DNA from: Callorhinchus milii
Lineage: Eukaryota
Reading direction: 5' to 3'
Length of the DNA: 60,624 bases
NCBI RefSeq assembly: GCF_018977255.1
Contig: NW_024705229.1
Coordinates: 1-60,624 of the forward strand
The notes under the pieces are model-generated. The model did not search any database, was not told the DNA's origin, and saw only the letters and a program-made list of their open reading frames with translations. This document shows, piece after piece, positions 1 to 13,200 of this stretch (its first letter is position 1; the number at the start of each line of letters is the position of its first letter). The position numbers and the translations under genes are program-made.

Positions 1-480
1 GAGTAAACGATTTAGATCTTTTTGTCGTTTATTTTATTTGAATGTTTTGCACATGGTAGAAAACCATCGTAGTTGGAGAAAATACACGCATAAATGGGGA
101 TAACACACACCAATCTATAAAGGGAAGTCATCAATCCACTTGCTGGACTGCCTTTTGCCGGCCACATTGTAGTCCAGCTACAGGTTGGGCGTTATACAGC
201 ACACGGTGAAATCTGCATGAGACACCAAACCCGGCCGTGTGCCACCGTTCGGGGACCAGATAGTATTAACTGAGTGGATGAACGGAAGTAAAGATCAGTT
301 TAACACGTAGGCTTTCGCGACCAATATCATCCATAATAGAGGTTTTTGGTTAGATCGCGTAATTATATAAATGTGTCATTTAAAACCCGCACCAACCATC
401 ACAGCCAACTAGTAAGGGTTGTCACTAGTACAGCACACCGGTGCGTTGGAGAGCCAAGCCACAACATTTACAATCTGAGT

Positions 481-520
481 ACGACGTTTCGCCAATAATT
501 AGAATTTGCTTCATCAGGCG
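481..520 (-). ncRNA. minimal type I hammerhead ribozyme (family A)
   Basis: Minus strand reads cgc-CTGATGA-a-gcaaat...attggc-GAAA-cGTC-gt; catalytic core intact, stem I weak. Confidence 0.55.
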
Positions 521-873
521 ACAGCCAGATTTGTGGAGAAGTCTTACTGTTCCGTTCCTCATATAGAGGCGTAGATGTGTTGACCACGTTTCTGCGCTCT
601 TGCACAATGGGGGGCGGGGGGGGGATTAATGAGGCAACGTACATTATCCATGTGCATTATGCGAGCCCTTTGAACTTGTCCTTCCCGCCGGTTAAATAAA
701 CACAATAGACAGGAAGGTGACGTTCAAAGGGCTCGCACAATGCACATGGATAATGTACCTTGACTCAGTAATCCCCCCACCCCCCACATTGAGCAAGAGC
801 GCAAAAGGTGGTCAACACATCTACGCCTCTCTATAAGGAACGAAACAGGTCGCTTCTCCACAAATCTGGCTGT

Positions 874-913
874 CGCCTGATGAAGCTAGTTGTAATTACT
901 GGCCAAACGTCGT
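874..913 (+). ncRNA. degenerate hammerhead ribozyme (GAAA changed to CAAA, probably inactive)
   Basis: cgc-CTGATGA-a-gctagt...actggc-CAAA-cGTC-gta; stem II pairs, catalytic G12 substituted. Confidence 0.5.
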
Positions 914-1122
914 ACTCAGATTGCACATGTTGTGGCTTGGCTCTCCAACACACCGGTGTGCTGTACTAGTAACACTTTACTAGTTGGCTGTGTTGGGTGG
1001 TGGCAGGTTTTAACGACAGATTTATATATTTACGTGATCTAACCCAAAAACTTCTATTATGCAAGTAAAGATGCTTGCTCCGTGCAGCCAGCGGTGTGAC
1101 TGCTCTGTGGCTGCCTTCACAG

Positions 1123-1225
1123 AATGCTGTGGGAGTTTGTGCGGCGCGCCAGAGAGGAGAAGCCCAAGGTTGCGCTGCACGTCACGTACCTTGTGTCGGG
1201 CGTCTCCACGCTGGACGGGCTGCCT
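1123..1225 (+). CDS. POLD3: POLD3 exon (MLWEFVRR...LHVTYLVSGVSTLDGLP)
   Basis: Acceptor cacag ending 1122, donor gtgag at 1226. Confidence 0.9.
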
Positions 1226-4200
1226 GTGAGCCGCGCACCTTGTGTTTGTCCCATTATGCATTTCTCTGCCAGTAACAATGTGTGCATGTGCACCATAGTT
1301 TATGCAAAGCAGTCCCCAGGGTTGCCCACTTTGTAGAGCACAGGAATAGTTAACTCAACTTGGTCATCATTATTTGTATCATCGTAATCATACCCCGCAG
1401 CATAATCGAGGATTAACGTTATCATTAGTTTCTTCATTATCATCATTAGCTACTTCATTATAGTCATGATCATCTTCATCATCATCGATTGTGCCTTTGT
1501 AGTCTGTAAAATTAGTACAGTTGAATTAAACCACATGTCTGGCCCTATCATAGGAATGCAGAATTTCCACCGCTGGCTCTGTATCACCAACAAAGATGAG
1601 GATAGTCCAACACAACACTTTCAGAGTTTGGATGCATTCTTCCAAATAATATAGCTTCATGTAATTTGAGTTATATAATACGTACCTTATTAATGATGGA
1701 TATTATTTGTATGTTTTTGTGTTTTTGTCTTAAAATCCAGTGTCACAAAGTATCTGTGGTGAGAGAAGAAGAGCTGGAAAGTGAGCTTTCATCACATGCA
1801 TTTTCTTCGAAGCAAAATTCCACGAATAAAAATTAGTGATTTTTAGTCGTTTACCTGTCAAAGTGTTTAATCATGTAAGCTACCCATGCGATCACCAGAG
1901 TAAGCTTTATTACATCGTCATGGTAATACTACCATTGTATGAGGGTAGCCTGAAATAACTAAAGCATATTATATACAGATTAAACATATTTGCGTTTTAG
2001 TCAATTAATGGGAATGTTACATGTAAAGAATATTTGCTTTTGGATTTACAGTCATGAGCAATCGGTCATTGTTTGCTGCTCCATGAAGTCCTCCCTATGT
2101 TGTCACTTACTCGTGGTGCTGTGATGGTACAATCTCTAGCTGTACATAATTATCTGATATGATTCTACCTCCACTGCGGTCATCTTTGAAAAGACAGAGG
2201 ACTATTTATAACCGGGTAAGAGCCCATTAATGCACGTGCTCATCTTTCTCTCTGTCAGTGTAATTCCCAGCATGGAAATTAGAGACATACTCACGAAAGT
2301 ACTTGGGCATTGGTAGGACACGTCGCTAGATGGTATGATGGCACATGGTTGAGAGTGGTGATGGAATGGCAGCCAAAGGAGGTGATGTGCCCAAAAGAAC
2401 GACCGCCGTGGATATGGAGCGATGAGATCAGCTCATGTGCAGGAACGCGAGGGTTGGTGATGACTGGGAGGCCTTTATCCAACAGTAGATATATCCGTCT
2501 GATGTGTATTCTGTATGTTTTACATACATGTACTTACAAAAACATCAGCAGACTACCGGCTGGATCTCCTCACCGTTTCGAAGAACAAATGTGACCTAAC
2601 GTCTTCGCTCATTTACCAGCTTCACATTCCTTATTGCCGTACAAATACTGGAGGAAGGGCCTTTGCTAGTGATGCCCCCAGGGTCTGGAATGCTTTCGCC
2701 AATAAACTGCAACTTAGATCACTACCTGTGAGATCTTCACTCAAAACTGCTCGAGAGGAGTTGTACACCCCTAGCTGCCACTGCTATTCAGAATGGCCTG
2801 AAATCAAATGTTTCGCTCCGGATGACCGCGGCAAAGTATGATCTTGAGTTTTGATAATATTGTGCTGATCTTTAAAGGTGTATTGAAAAGTTTTGATACT
2901 GCTACTGATACTCTTGCTGTTATGGAGTGACTCATGCAGCCAGTTATGGCTGCAAAGTTTGGTCGTACATGTTATGTATATCGTTTATTGTTAAATTTGA
3001 ATCACAGTTCCTATGATCACTATTACATTGTTTTTGTAGCGTTATTTTGGTGATTTTGAAAACGTTTTGGTTTAGCCGTGTTTGTTTGTTGTAGTACAGA
3101 GTTAGCCTGTTAACGTTAATATAAATTATCTTATGGTTGTTATTGTTTGACTTGCATCCCACTGGGATTTTTGCACACAGTGTTGAAATAGTGTTTTTTT
3201 CTGGAAGACTTTGCTGTTTTTTCCTGGATTTTTCTGTTGCATGTAGTCACTTCAAGATGTTTCTTGTTCATGTTTTTGTTTGTTGCGGTTACACCCGAGT
3301 CCAGAGCCGCATGGCTCACAGGGTTATACCTAATAAATGAAACTGAAAGGAAACTGAAACATGTATAATGATGACAGTTGTTAATCTTTTAAACCCGAGT
3401 GTAAATCGTTCATAAAAGCTTCCCAGCACACAGGGCTGGGTGTGGTGTCCGTGCGAGACTCAGTGCCACCGTTTGTACTTTGTGCAGGCGCCAAGGCCCA
3501 GCTCTCCCTGCTCGCGAGCGTGCACGTGTACAGCGTGCAGCGAGCCCGCCTGCTCGACAGCGGCGTGCTCTACATGGCCGACTATGACATCATCCGCGAC
3601 AACCTGCACCAGTCCAGCAGGTGTGAGCGGGTGCCACACACCACTGCCGCACAGCCGCCTTCTCGAACTCTCGAGGAGCTTCTCCACTGGACACGTGGTC
3701 CCCCAGCCCCCCCCCCCTTTGGGGGTCTCCGGGTAGACACCTCCGCACCTCCGGTCACGTGTCTTCCGGGGTCAACCAGAGTGCCATGGCCTCCTGCAAC
3801 CTCGTTCCGAGGCCGGCACTCGCCGGCACCCTGCACGTAGAGCAGGGTGCCATCCTTGACTGTCGGACAGTGCTGCCCAAGCCCTGCGAGGGCCGGTACT
3901 GCATTCCCCTTCAGCGGTGTCCGTGGTGGCAATGTGTTGCTGTATGGCGTGCCTTTCCCTGGCTGGCCACACACAGCGACGTGCAGCGACGTCGCTACAC
4001 ATACTAAAGGTTTTTTTGGTTAGATCGTGTAAATTTAAATGTGTCGTTAACCCCACCACCCGAAACAGCCAATTAGTAAGGGTGGTTTTGTAAACAAATT
4101 ATGGCAATTAGTTATTACTTCAGCACACCGGAGTGTTGGAGCGGAAACCCTCAACATTACAAATTGAGTACGACGTTCCGCTGGTAATTTACAACCAGTT

Positions 4201-7200
4201 TCAGCTGGCGATTTTCCCAGAACTGAAGAAGTCTTCGCGTTGTTTTGTCTCTGGCTACTGCCGTATAGGTTTAGCAGCATTCAGTACTCGCGGGGTGTCG
4301 CGCGGAGCACGGAGGAGATGCAGGCCCTGCGATCTCAGGCGACCTCCACCCAGGAGCCGGCTGACCCTCTCGACGGCCCCCTAGCTGCCCCGGCCGCACC
4401 CCCTGCCGCACCCCCTGCTGCCACCAACGGTCAATGCGCCCCTAAAGCCGCCCCGCGTGCTGCTGCACCCAAGGGCATCATGGGAATGTTTGCTGGGAAG
4501 GGGGGTGGCAGCAAGGAAGTCAAGAAGGAATCTCCTGCCCAGAGCCGGTCAAGGAGGTGATTCGTCATTTAAAATATATTTTGCTCTATATATTTTTTAA
4601 TGAGTCTAATAAGTAGTTGTTTGGTAGACATGTAACTAATGTGCCACGTTTAGAGATTTCATGAATTGTTGTGATTAACATTTACAATTTGATTCAAGCG
4701 TCTTTGTTAACATTGTACATGCAGAATCTCTCGTGGCTGCAGGGTTTGCGTTTCCTGTAACATGTATGAATTATTGATTCTTACACGTGCGATTGTATGC
4801 TTGTATCACGAGTAATAATGGGTTTTATGAATTGTTAAATACGTCTTAGCGTCGGTAGTTAGTTTTATGATTGTAAAATAAGGGATGATCAAATATTCCC
4901 ATTACCATATGAGTAATGCATCATTAATCTGGCTAAGGAGGCATCCCAAGTTTGGGTTTCTGTTCCATTCCTAAGTCTCCTTTAACTGTGAAAAATTCTG
5001 ACTTCTACGATGCAAAGCACAGATGTATCCAAAGTTGGAATACTGTTGTCATATTTGGGGTAGAACACCCAGTTCCTACCTTACTGTTGCTTGATCAGAA
5101 TTATGGATGACCCAGCACCCACCGATTGACTCCAGTCACTCACTCGATGCCAGTTAGTCACAGCCTTATTCATCTTCTACCGCTACTACCACCGCTAGTC
5201 TTCTCTTGAACATCACCGATGGATTCCTCCAGCCATGTTAAGGACTTTGTCTACCACACCGACTCTGATACACACTTTGTTCAACCACCAGACTATTAAG
5301 GTCACCCTTTTCTTGCTCTGCTCAACTTTGGAATTTTCTCCCATTGTCATCTATTTTCCCAAGCTTTTACAAACCCTTCTCAATTAGAGACGTGTAAGTT
5401 TGATCTATGACGACTTCAATAGTGCTGTTTGTTGGTGGCCGCTTGTTTTTTTTTAGCTTCTGAGCTTGTGTTTAGCAACTGTGATTTAAATAAAAAAAAC
5501 ACGTAGGCTTTCGTGGCCAATATCCATAATCTAACCCCAAAAAAACCTCATTTATTTAAAAAATGTGGCCGTTTTTAATGGAAAACCCTTCATAATACTG
5601 TAAGCCCAGCATTATTATTAAAGGATTGAGTTTGAACTATAACATATCAGCTTTTTTACTCGGAGGCATACTGTGTGTCTTTAAGTCATTTGCTATTTGA
5701 ATGATCAATATGTTAAATATTTGAAGCTCGGGGCATAATTACGTTCCTTAAGATGTAATTTCTACAGATTTATATTCAAATCCCCAATTTACACGTGTGA
5801 GCGACAGTTTTATTTCTGCAACTGTGCGTAGGGATAGGCGGCAAGAAATTGTGCAACCCAGAGCACTCTTGAGAGGAGGCTCTCCGAGTTGGTGTTCATT
5901 AATAAGCCATGACGCTCGCTACACCCTACACTGATCGCAGTCTTTAGCGATCTGATACTCACCTTGGTCTGTTTGTGTGTAATTTCAGAAGCCTGCAGCA
6001 GCCTCTAGCAAAGCTCCGGTGAAGGTCAGCATATTTGCGTCGGCAGGTAAGCTCACCTGAAGGTGACCCCCCCCCCCCCCCCCCCCGGGAAGAAATGTTC
6101 CAGGCGCGTTCCAGACATGAACAGTCCTACTCGTTCGCTCGTAAATAATTCAGAATATGGCGTCAAAGTGGCTTCCTGCTCACATTGGCATTGGGGGAGG
6201 GGAACTCATCTCTCTTGGCATCCATGAGCCGGTATAATCATAGGATGACATTCCTTGACTTCTCACAACGTGCTATTATATCGACAACGAAGGGTTGTAC
6301 CTTCCGATGAGTCAAGTCCTCTAACCGCAGTGCCATGCGGCCGGATTGTAAGTGATAACCCCTTCTTGTTTATCTTGCAGCGAAAGCTAAACCCAAGGAA
6401 GAAATCAGACTGAGGTTAAGGCATGTGTTTCAACGGAGGAGGCAAAACAGGCGAAGGTTGATGACACACGTGGAAACAGCAGGTGCATTTTTCATTGTGG
6501 TCCAAACGATCGTTCAAAATATTTGATTGTTTGAAACGTACATTAGCAAGTGTGTTTGTAGGATTTTGTGAGATGAGTGTGTATTTTTCATGCCTCAGTT
6601 AAACCATTGCATGTTCCGTGTAGGGACATGGCAATGTCTTTTGTAACCAAACACAGTGAGACACAAAAGGTCAACTTACAGATGTTGCTCCAATAGCTCT
6701 GCATGTAGCTGGCTCGGTGTGGTTAAAAAGCCAATGTTGATTCAGCGGTGCGCAAATGTTGTTTGGTTCTCAGTGGGAGAGTCAAACGGCCAAAGGTGTC
6801 GGACAGCGAAGACGAGGAAGAAAAGAAGGTGGTGGCGGCCGTGGAGTCAAAGCATGCCGGCAAGAAGGGAACTGGGAATGCTGGGAAGAGGGTGGCTGTA
6901 CGTGACGGCAAGAAGAGGGGCGCATCGCCAGAGGCCAAAAAAGCGCAAGAGAATCCGACAGCCTGTGTCAGACAGCAGCAGCAGCAGCGGCGATGACGAC
7001 GACGACGATAAAGATGAAGAGCAGGAAGGTATGACGATGCTCGATCGCCTCGCCCCTGTGCATTCGGTCACCAGCCATCCGGAGTGCAAACATTTCCATT
7101 TTATAAGCAATAATGTACATATTGAATGTCTAAGCCTTCCCTAAAGAATGCAAATAAATAAATAAGTGGTCTTTTCCACCTGCAGATTTAGTTTGTAAAT

Positions 7201-10200
7201 AGCGGATGAGGTTATTCACTTATCCTCCTATCTGGACCTTGTGAAGCATGACCTTAAGTGGCAGGAGTTGTTATTCTGCGTGCGTGTTGTGCACGACACA
7301 AACATTATTTGCTAAAGGGTTTTGGAAAATGTTTTTTGGGACTGCTGTGACCCATTTAAGCCTCGAGGTGGTGCCATTGGTACTTGATATTGATTCCTCG
7401 GTGCATTTGACAGCAGCTGCTTAAAATTACAAGCGCTTGCCCAACATGCATGTGGGTAAAATGTCTCTCCTTCAACACGTATCTGTTTAACGGTGGCGAG
7501 ATGTCATCTTCCTCGCCTGGCATGCAGGAGGTTGTCGTGGGTTTGATCCCCGACCCTCACGGCATTATATTTTGGAGTTTTCACGTTCTTCCTCTGGTTA
7601 CGTGGATTTTTTCTCCGAGTCTTCCCGTTTTCCCTCCACATTTAGAAGCATGCGTTTAGATTATTGAGATTCATTGGCTGCTATAAATTTCCACATCATG
7701 AGCCACTTTGTTTACATATCATTTGTGGTCAGGTCGCTTCTGACAAAAGAAGCTAGAAATTGCTAAGTGAGCTTAATCTGGTTAAATAAAAAACATATTT
7801 TTTTTGGTTGGCTTTCCTTTCCTATACTTTGCATTCCTGTCGTGTTTTTGTGTTGTTGTTGTAACTTTCTGACCTGTTCCTACTGGACATATGTGAAAAG
7901 AGCTTTTTTCTGTATGTATGTATGTTGTTAAACTTGTTTTGCACCATACGTAGACAACCGTACTATAGCTCATTGGATTCCTCCAGTATAACGATTCTGA
8001 TTCACTCTCTTTCAGCCCCTTCCCCGCCAACCATTGGAACTCCGCCTTTGCCTGAAGTGACTGAGCATCAACAAGACAAGATCGGTTCAGAAAAAACAGG
8101 GGTGAGGCCATTTTCCTGAAAGTGTCAGTTCTCATCGTTGAAAGTGAAATTGTTTACAAGGCTGAATTAGCTATGATGTCACCATCGTAAGCAAAAAGTG
8201 CTTAAATGCAGCTGTACAATATTTGAAAAACATGTACATTAACAACATCTATTGTCGTTGTCACAGTTATCGCTAGTAAGTTCATGGCAAATTGCTATTT
8301 ATATAACATTTAAATGAAACTTTACCTTAACCTTCAGCTTCCGTCGTTTTGAAAAAATATTACCCGTCTAGGTTTTGCCTGTAATTCACATGACAGTATA
8401 TTAATTTATTTTTAAAAGGAGATCATTATCTTGATATGACATTTACTGTCGGCTTCGCGCAGTATCATAAGTCTCACAATATAAGTAAAAGAAAATAATA
8501 AATTAGTAGCCACCTTTTAATTCGTCACTTAATTTTAAATTGTTACTTATATTGGGTTCTTATTACTTATATTCTCCACAACAACGTTAATGCCTCAAAT
8601 GTGTTGTGTATTGTATAGTTTTGGCAAAGAACTATGGCAAAAATCGATCGCAAATGGTCTTTGTAAACATCTGGTAATTCACAAGCATTGGTATAAGTCA
8701 GCCTTACTACCGATGAGGCACTGCATGTTGAAACTGGTCCTGAGTTTTATTTTATTAAGCCATGCTGCTTAGGATATATGCACTCCCAGAAGGCCATGCG
8801 GCCAATGGGATGGGTAAAAACACTTAAAATTTTTATGTGGAGAGACATGGGAATGAGATTTGATGTCCACACAAAGCACAAAGTACATCTTTATTTTCTT
8901 TATAGATCTGGACGAATGATGAGCTGATTAGTCTTTCTAAACAACATCAAATTTAAGTTAAGTCAAAAATTCCTCTAGTATGAAACTATTGAGAGTACAA
9001 ACACCTCCATAAAGTGCTCCTGACAAGCTCTGTGTAGTGACCGGTCGCAGTCTGGGGTTGTTGGGAAGTCTATTAAACATTATTGCCTTTAATGTACCGG
9101 GACTCCTCCTCCTCCTCAAGTCAATTGACGAGCTTAATTGGGGAGTTCGCTTGCCCTCCGGCTTTGCTCGGGAAAACAAAAGCGCTCTGCGTGGCGATTG
9201 TGTTGCGCCTGCAAGCGCGCGAAGCCGCCACCCGTGATTGTGCCGTGTTAAACTTGACGAGTGCAAGGGGCGCCTGCACCAAATAAAGAGGCGGGGGGGT
9301 GCCACGGTTTGTGCAGACGCGCTGTTTGAAGTGAGGTGGCGGCACTGTTGTCGACACACGGCCGAGGCGCCGTGCCGTCTCAGCCGTGCTTTTGTTTGAC
9401 GCAATAAAAGTGGTCGTTATGCGGTGTCTGGGCAGAGTCTCGTTAGCGCTGATAAGTTCGCCCGTCCGTTTCCCAGCAATTAAAGGCAGCCCCACGTCGC
9501 GTCCTTTTCTTCGGGTCCTCCTTTTACCACGTGGCACACGGGACAGTCGATTACGTTTCCATGCTGCGATTGGACGGGACTCTTTTTTTTTTTTTGTGTG
9601 CGTCTGTCCGACCGGGTTGTGTTGTCATAGAGGGCATGTTTCGCAGATGGAAGGGTTGTGAGTTCAAAGCTCTATTGGGGGGGGGGGGTGGTCTGCTCAG
9701 TCCATCATCCCTCTCTGGCCAGTAAAATAAGTAGCACTCCATTGTTGTACTATGGGGGGAGGCTGGGCCCTACCATATGCATTTTTTATTTTCACCACTG
9801 ACTCAGGACTGTCAACGGAGATGAGCGCTGTTCTCATTGGAGCAGAGACAATGTTTAACTTTGCTGTTTGGGTTCTGGCTGAGAGGGCAAACTCAGCAAA
9901 GTTTTTACTTTCAATTTTTTCCCTGTTCGGTGCCATTTACACACATGCTCTTGAAGTTTTAAGATATTTTGGATGTGAAAATGTTTCAGTCTGCTCTGTT
10001 CTGCTTCAGGGGCCATTTTACCATTGCCCGGTACATCACGCTTCTTTATACATTTGCAGCCCTTTCCAATCCATTGCTGGACGAGGCCCCCTCCGTACAC
10101 CATGCAGGTCGCGGGGTTATCTGGTCACACTTCACCTCACTGATCAGAGCAGATTAATGAATGTCGGGAGCACAGCAAAAGAAGTACCGTGTGTCTATGG

Positions 10201-13200
10201 CATTTGCTGCCTTGTCATCTGCTTTCCACGACATAGTCCTGCAGCCTATACCTATCAAAGCATTATTCAGCTTAAAACCTACGTAACTTCCGACATTGAC
10301 GAGATAAGGGCACATTGCGGGTGATTTTCTCGTTTGGTGATGTGGCGACTAGTGGCTGCGAGGGTAGGCAGTCTACCCGTCTTCCAATCGAACGTCTTGA
10401 GCCGAGCCAGCGTGTGACCCACACCTTTTGCTGCACCTAGGCAGAACCCAACTGCTGCTACTCTGGCCTCATTGCGATGTATCTGAATCTGGCTGGGGGC
10501 CTCACAGTTTCGTTGCGATGTCGGTCAATACACAACCCGAACGCAGCCTTGCCCGCGTCAATCTTCGCGCGCCTCGACTGCTTCTTTACGGTTGACGTCG
10601 GCTGCACGGCTCTTGGTCTCTTGGTGGAAAAGCAACACCGGCGCCTCTTGCGTGGCCCTGGAAGGTCTCGGTCGCGCAGCATACAGACATGTGAGAGATA
10701 TTGTGAGTTTTTGTTTTTGCCAGCAGGAGGCCAACAAGTCCGGTGCGCGAAGGAAACGGCGTCGTGTTCTCAAATCCAAGACCTTCTTGGATGACGAGGG
10801 ATCGATGGGTAAGCTCACGGACGGAAGAGTGGGAAATTCCCAGCTCCGTGCGTACGCTCCGCTCTGTAAAGCTTCGCACCAAATCATGGCAAGCAGGCAT
10901 ATGCATACTACTCCGTACATTACTCTGTAATCGCCTGTAGATTCTTGGAGGATTCTTGATACCTGGTGTGTTGTCAGCAATGTCACGCGGTCAGTAGATT
11001 CATATGGGCAGCAGGGTGCGGTATAGTGGTAACACTTGGGCCTCGCAGCACGAAGGACCTGAGTTCGACTCCTGACTCTGGCACTGTTTTACATGGAGTT
11101 GGTTTCTCCCCCTGTTCTGCAGGGGTTCCCGCTGGGTTCTCTGGTTACCTCCCATAGCTAGGAGCATATCAGTGTCATTGGTGTTGGCCAAAACATCCCC
11201 ATGCTAGACCCTCCGAGAAAGTAATGTGCAGTGCACATATATAAAAATCACTGTAAACATCTCACAATAATGTACCCGAGGAGTTAATAAGCACGCTTGG
11301 GCTGATTGAAGCTCATCTGCGAAGAATGCACCGTGTGCCTTCTGTAATAAGCGAATATAATGTGTAGCAATAATAACTTATTTTTTAAAACTCATTACTC
11401 TTATTGATGAAGTTTTTTTTAGTTATTTTGTGTATTGATACACACCACAAGATAATTGTATGCTTTGAAATACAATACAATTATAGTGCAAGTAAACAAT
11501 GTTTTATAACATGTAGGTTATTAAATTTTAACGGTTTAATTATCCATTCTATATATACTCAATTGTGAAAACCTGTAATTGAAACATAAAACATGATAAT
11601 GCAGGTAATTTTATTCTTCACAGTAAAGTGCAGTAAATGTTTCATGTTTTCCACTAATCAGTAAAACAGCATGCTTGGTATTGGCTTTTTAGAATCGGCT
11701 TATTTGAGCTCACAATGTTCCTGCACAATTGACTTTCCATTACGCAAGCCATAGCTATCACACAATGTTAACCACAATATAAATTTGGCTGCAGTGTAAC
11801 ATTCACAGTTTATTTTAAATAAAAGCATCTGGGTTATTATTGAGTTTCGTTTCAGTAAAGTCATACCTGGCCAACGGTACAGATTCCACGTTGAATAAAA
11901 ACGTAAAGTTCTTAAAAGTTCGCTTTAGAAATGTTCAGAAGCGATGAGGCAGGCGTGTCCATGGTATAATGTCACTAATCCTGCACAGAACCTTGGCTCT
12001 CACATTGTGTTTTTGTCCACGGAGTCGCCAGCATTATGCATATTTGGAATTCATTTATTGCCATCCAAGATATTTTGCATTTTTTTCTCTGCCCCCACGT
12101 TCTCTGCGTTATTGCTCCAGCGTGTGCTGGATTTTCAGACGCACGCTAAATGCCACTGCGGTAGCAACAACTGGCAAAGTTGCCATGTGGTGATGGATCC
12201 TCCTAGTCATTGCTGGTGGCAGGTACACATGCGCATGGTTTGCCACCATTTTTATTTATTCACGCAGGGAATGCTCGTCTAGTCTCATGACTAAGAAAGT
12301 ACACGTTCGTCACGAACACTCAAACTCCAGACGGATAGATTAGAAACCTTTTAGTCCGTCTCGATATGCATCACGGCTCCAACTGGCGTCCACCTGCCCT
12401 ACCTCTCAAGTCGTTGGATTCCAAGCGTGCCACCACTCACAATCATGTGTATAATTAAAGACAAACGGCTCCCGTAGAGCCCGACCGAGTTTGTCTCCCC
12501 GTTGCGGATCTTTACATAGCACACCAGGTGCTCTTTCAACGCCGCGGCCCAGGGGCTGTTCTGATGTCACTGATGTTATGTGTGGCTGGGAGTTGAACCC
12601 GTCGCCGGAGTTGTAGCGCAGTCTACCAACCACTGTGCCACCACTCCCCTCTCATACTTATAATCATAAAAACATGGCCTCGCACACCCATGAACATGTA
12701 TGTACAGGTGTGCAAGTTGGCGTATTGTTATAGATATCGAATATAATATGTATGCTTTAACGTTGCAGATTATAGAAAATATAGGCAGGGGATGTTTTGG
12801 GCATTTGCATCGATGTGTGCGTTTTTTAATAAGAGCTATTCCAGAAATATTAGCCTGATATATGTTTCATATATATGGTCCTGTTAAAATAATTTTTTTA
12901 TGTTGATGGTAAACAGCTACCAAAGCAGTCGCTTTATTCTTGTTACATAGTTATGCGTTCATTCTCACACAAAGGCAGCGTGGTGTGTATTTGTCTCCCA
13001 CTGGCATCAATAGAGATAAGTATAAAATGCGAAGCTACTTAATGCAATATCATTGCCTTCTTCTCCTGCCAAGAGAAGCCTGCTGCTGTGTTGGCATCAC
13101 TCTTATAATATGTGTTTAATTTAGCTTTATATTTTTCCTATTAAATCGAAAGAAAACAGGGTAGCGGCAGTCTCTGTCATTGGTGTCTGTTGGACATCGC

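Larger units (their letters stand above)
296..1062. mobile_element. Penelope-like element end (family A), fold-back palindrome with hammerhead ribozyme motifs
   Basis: Imperfect inverted arms ~332-685 and ~712-1061; unpaired tail ACACGTAGGCTTTCGCGACC on the left; TSD AAGTAAAGAT at 286-295 and 1063-1072; CTGATGA...AAACGTC motif in both arms. Confidence 0.75.

Noticed and set aside
9752-10324. 190-aa ORF in a POLD3 intron
   Set aside because: No recognisable domain, no GC-rich codon usage like the real exons, no convincing splice boundaries
11007-11080. tRNA gene
   Set aside because: Has A/B boxes but no full cloverleaf and continues into a SINE core
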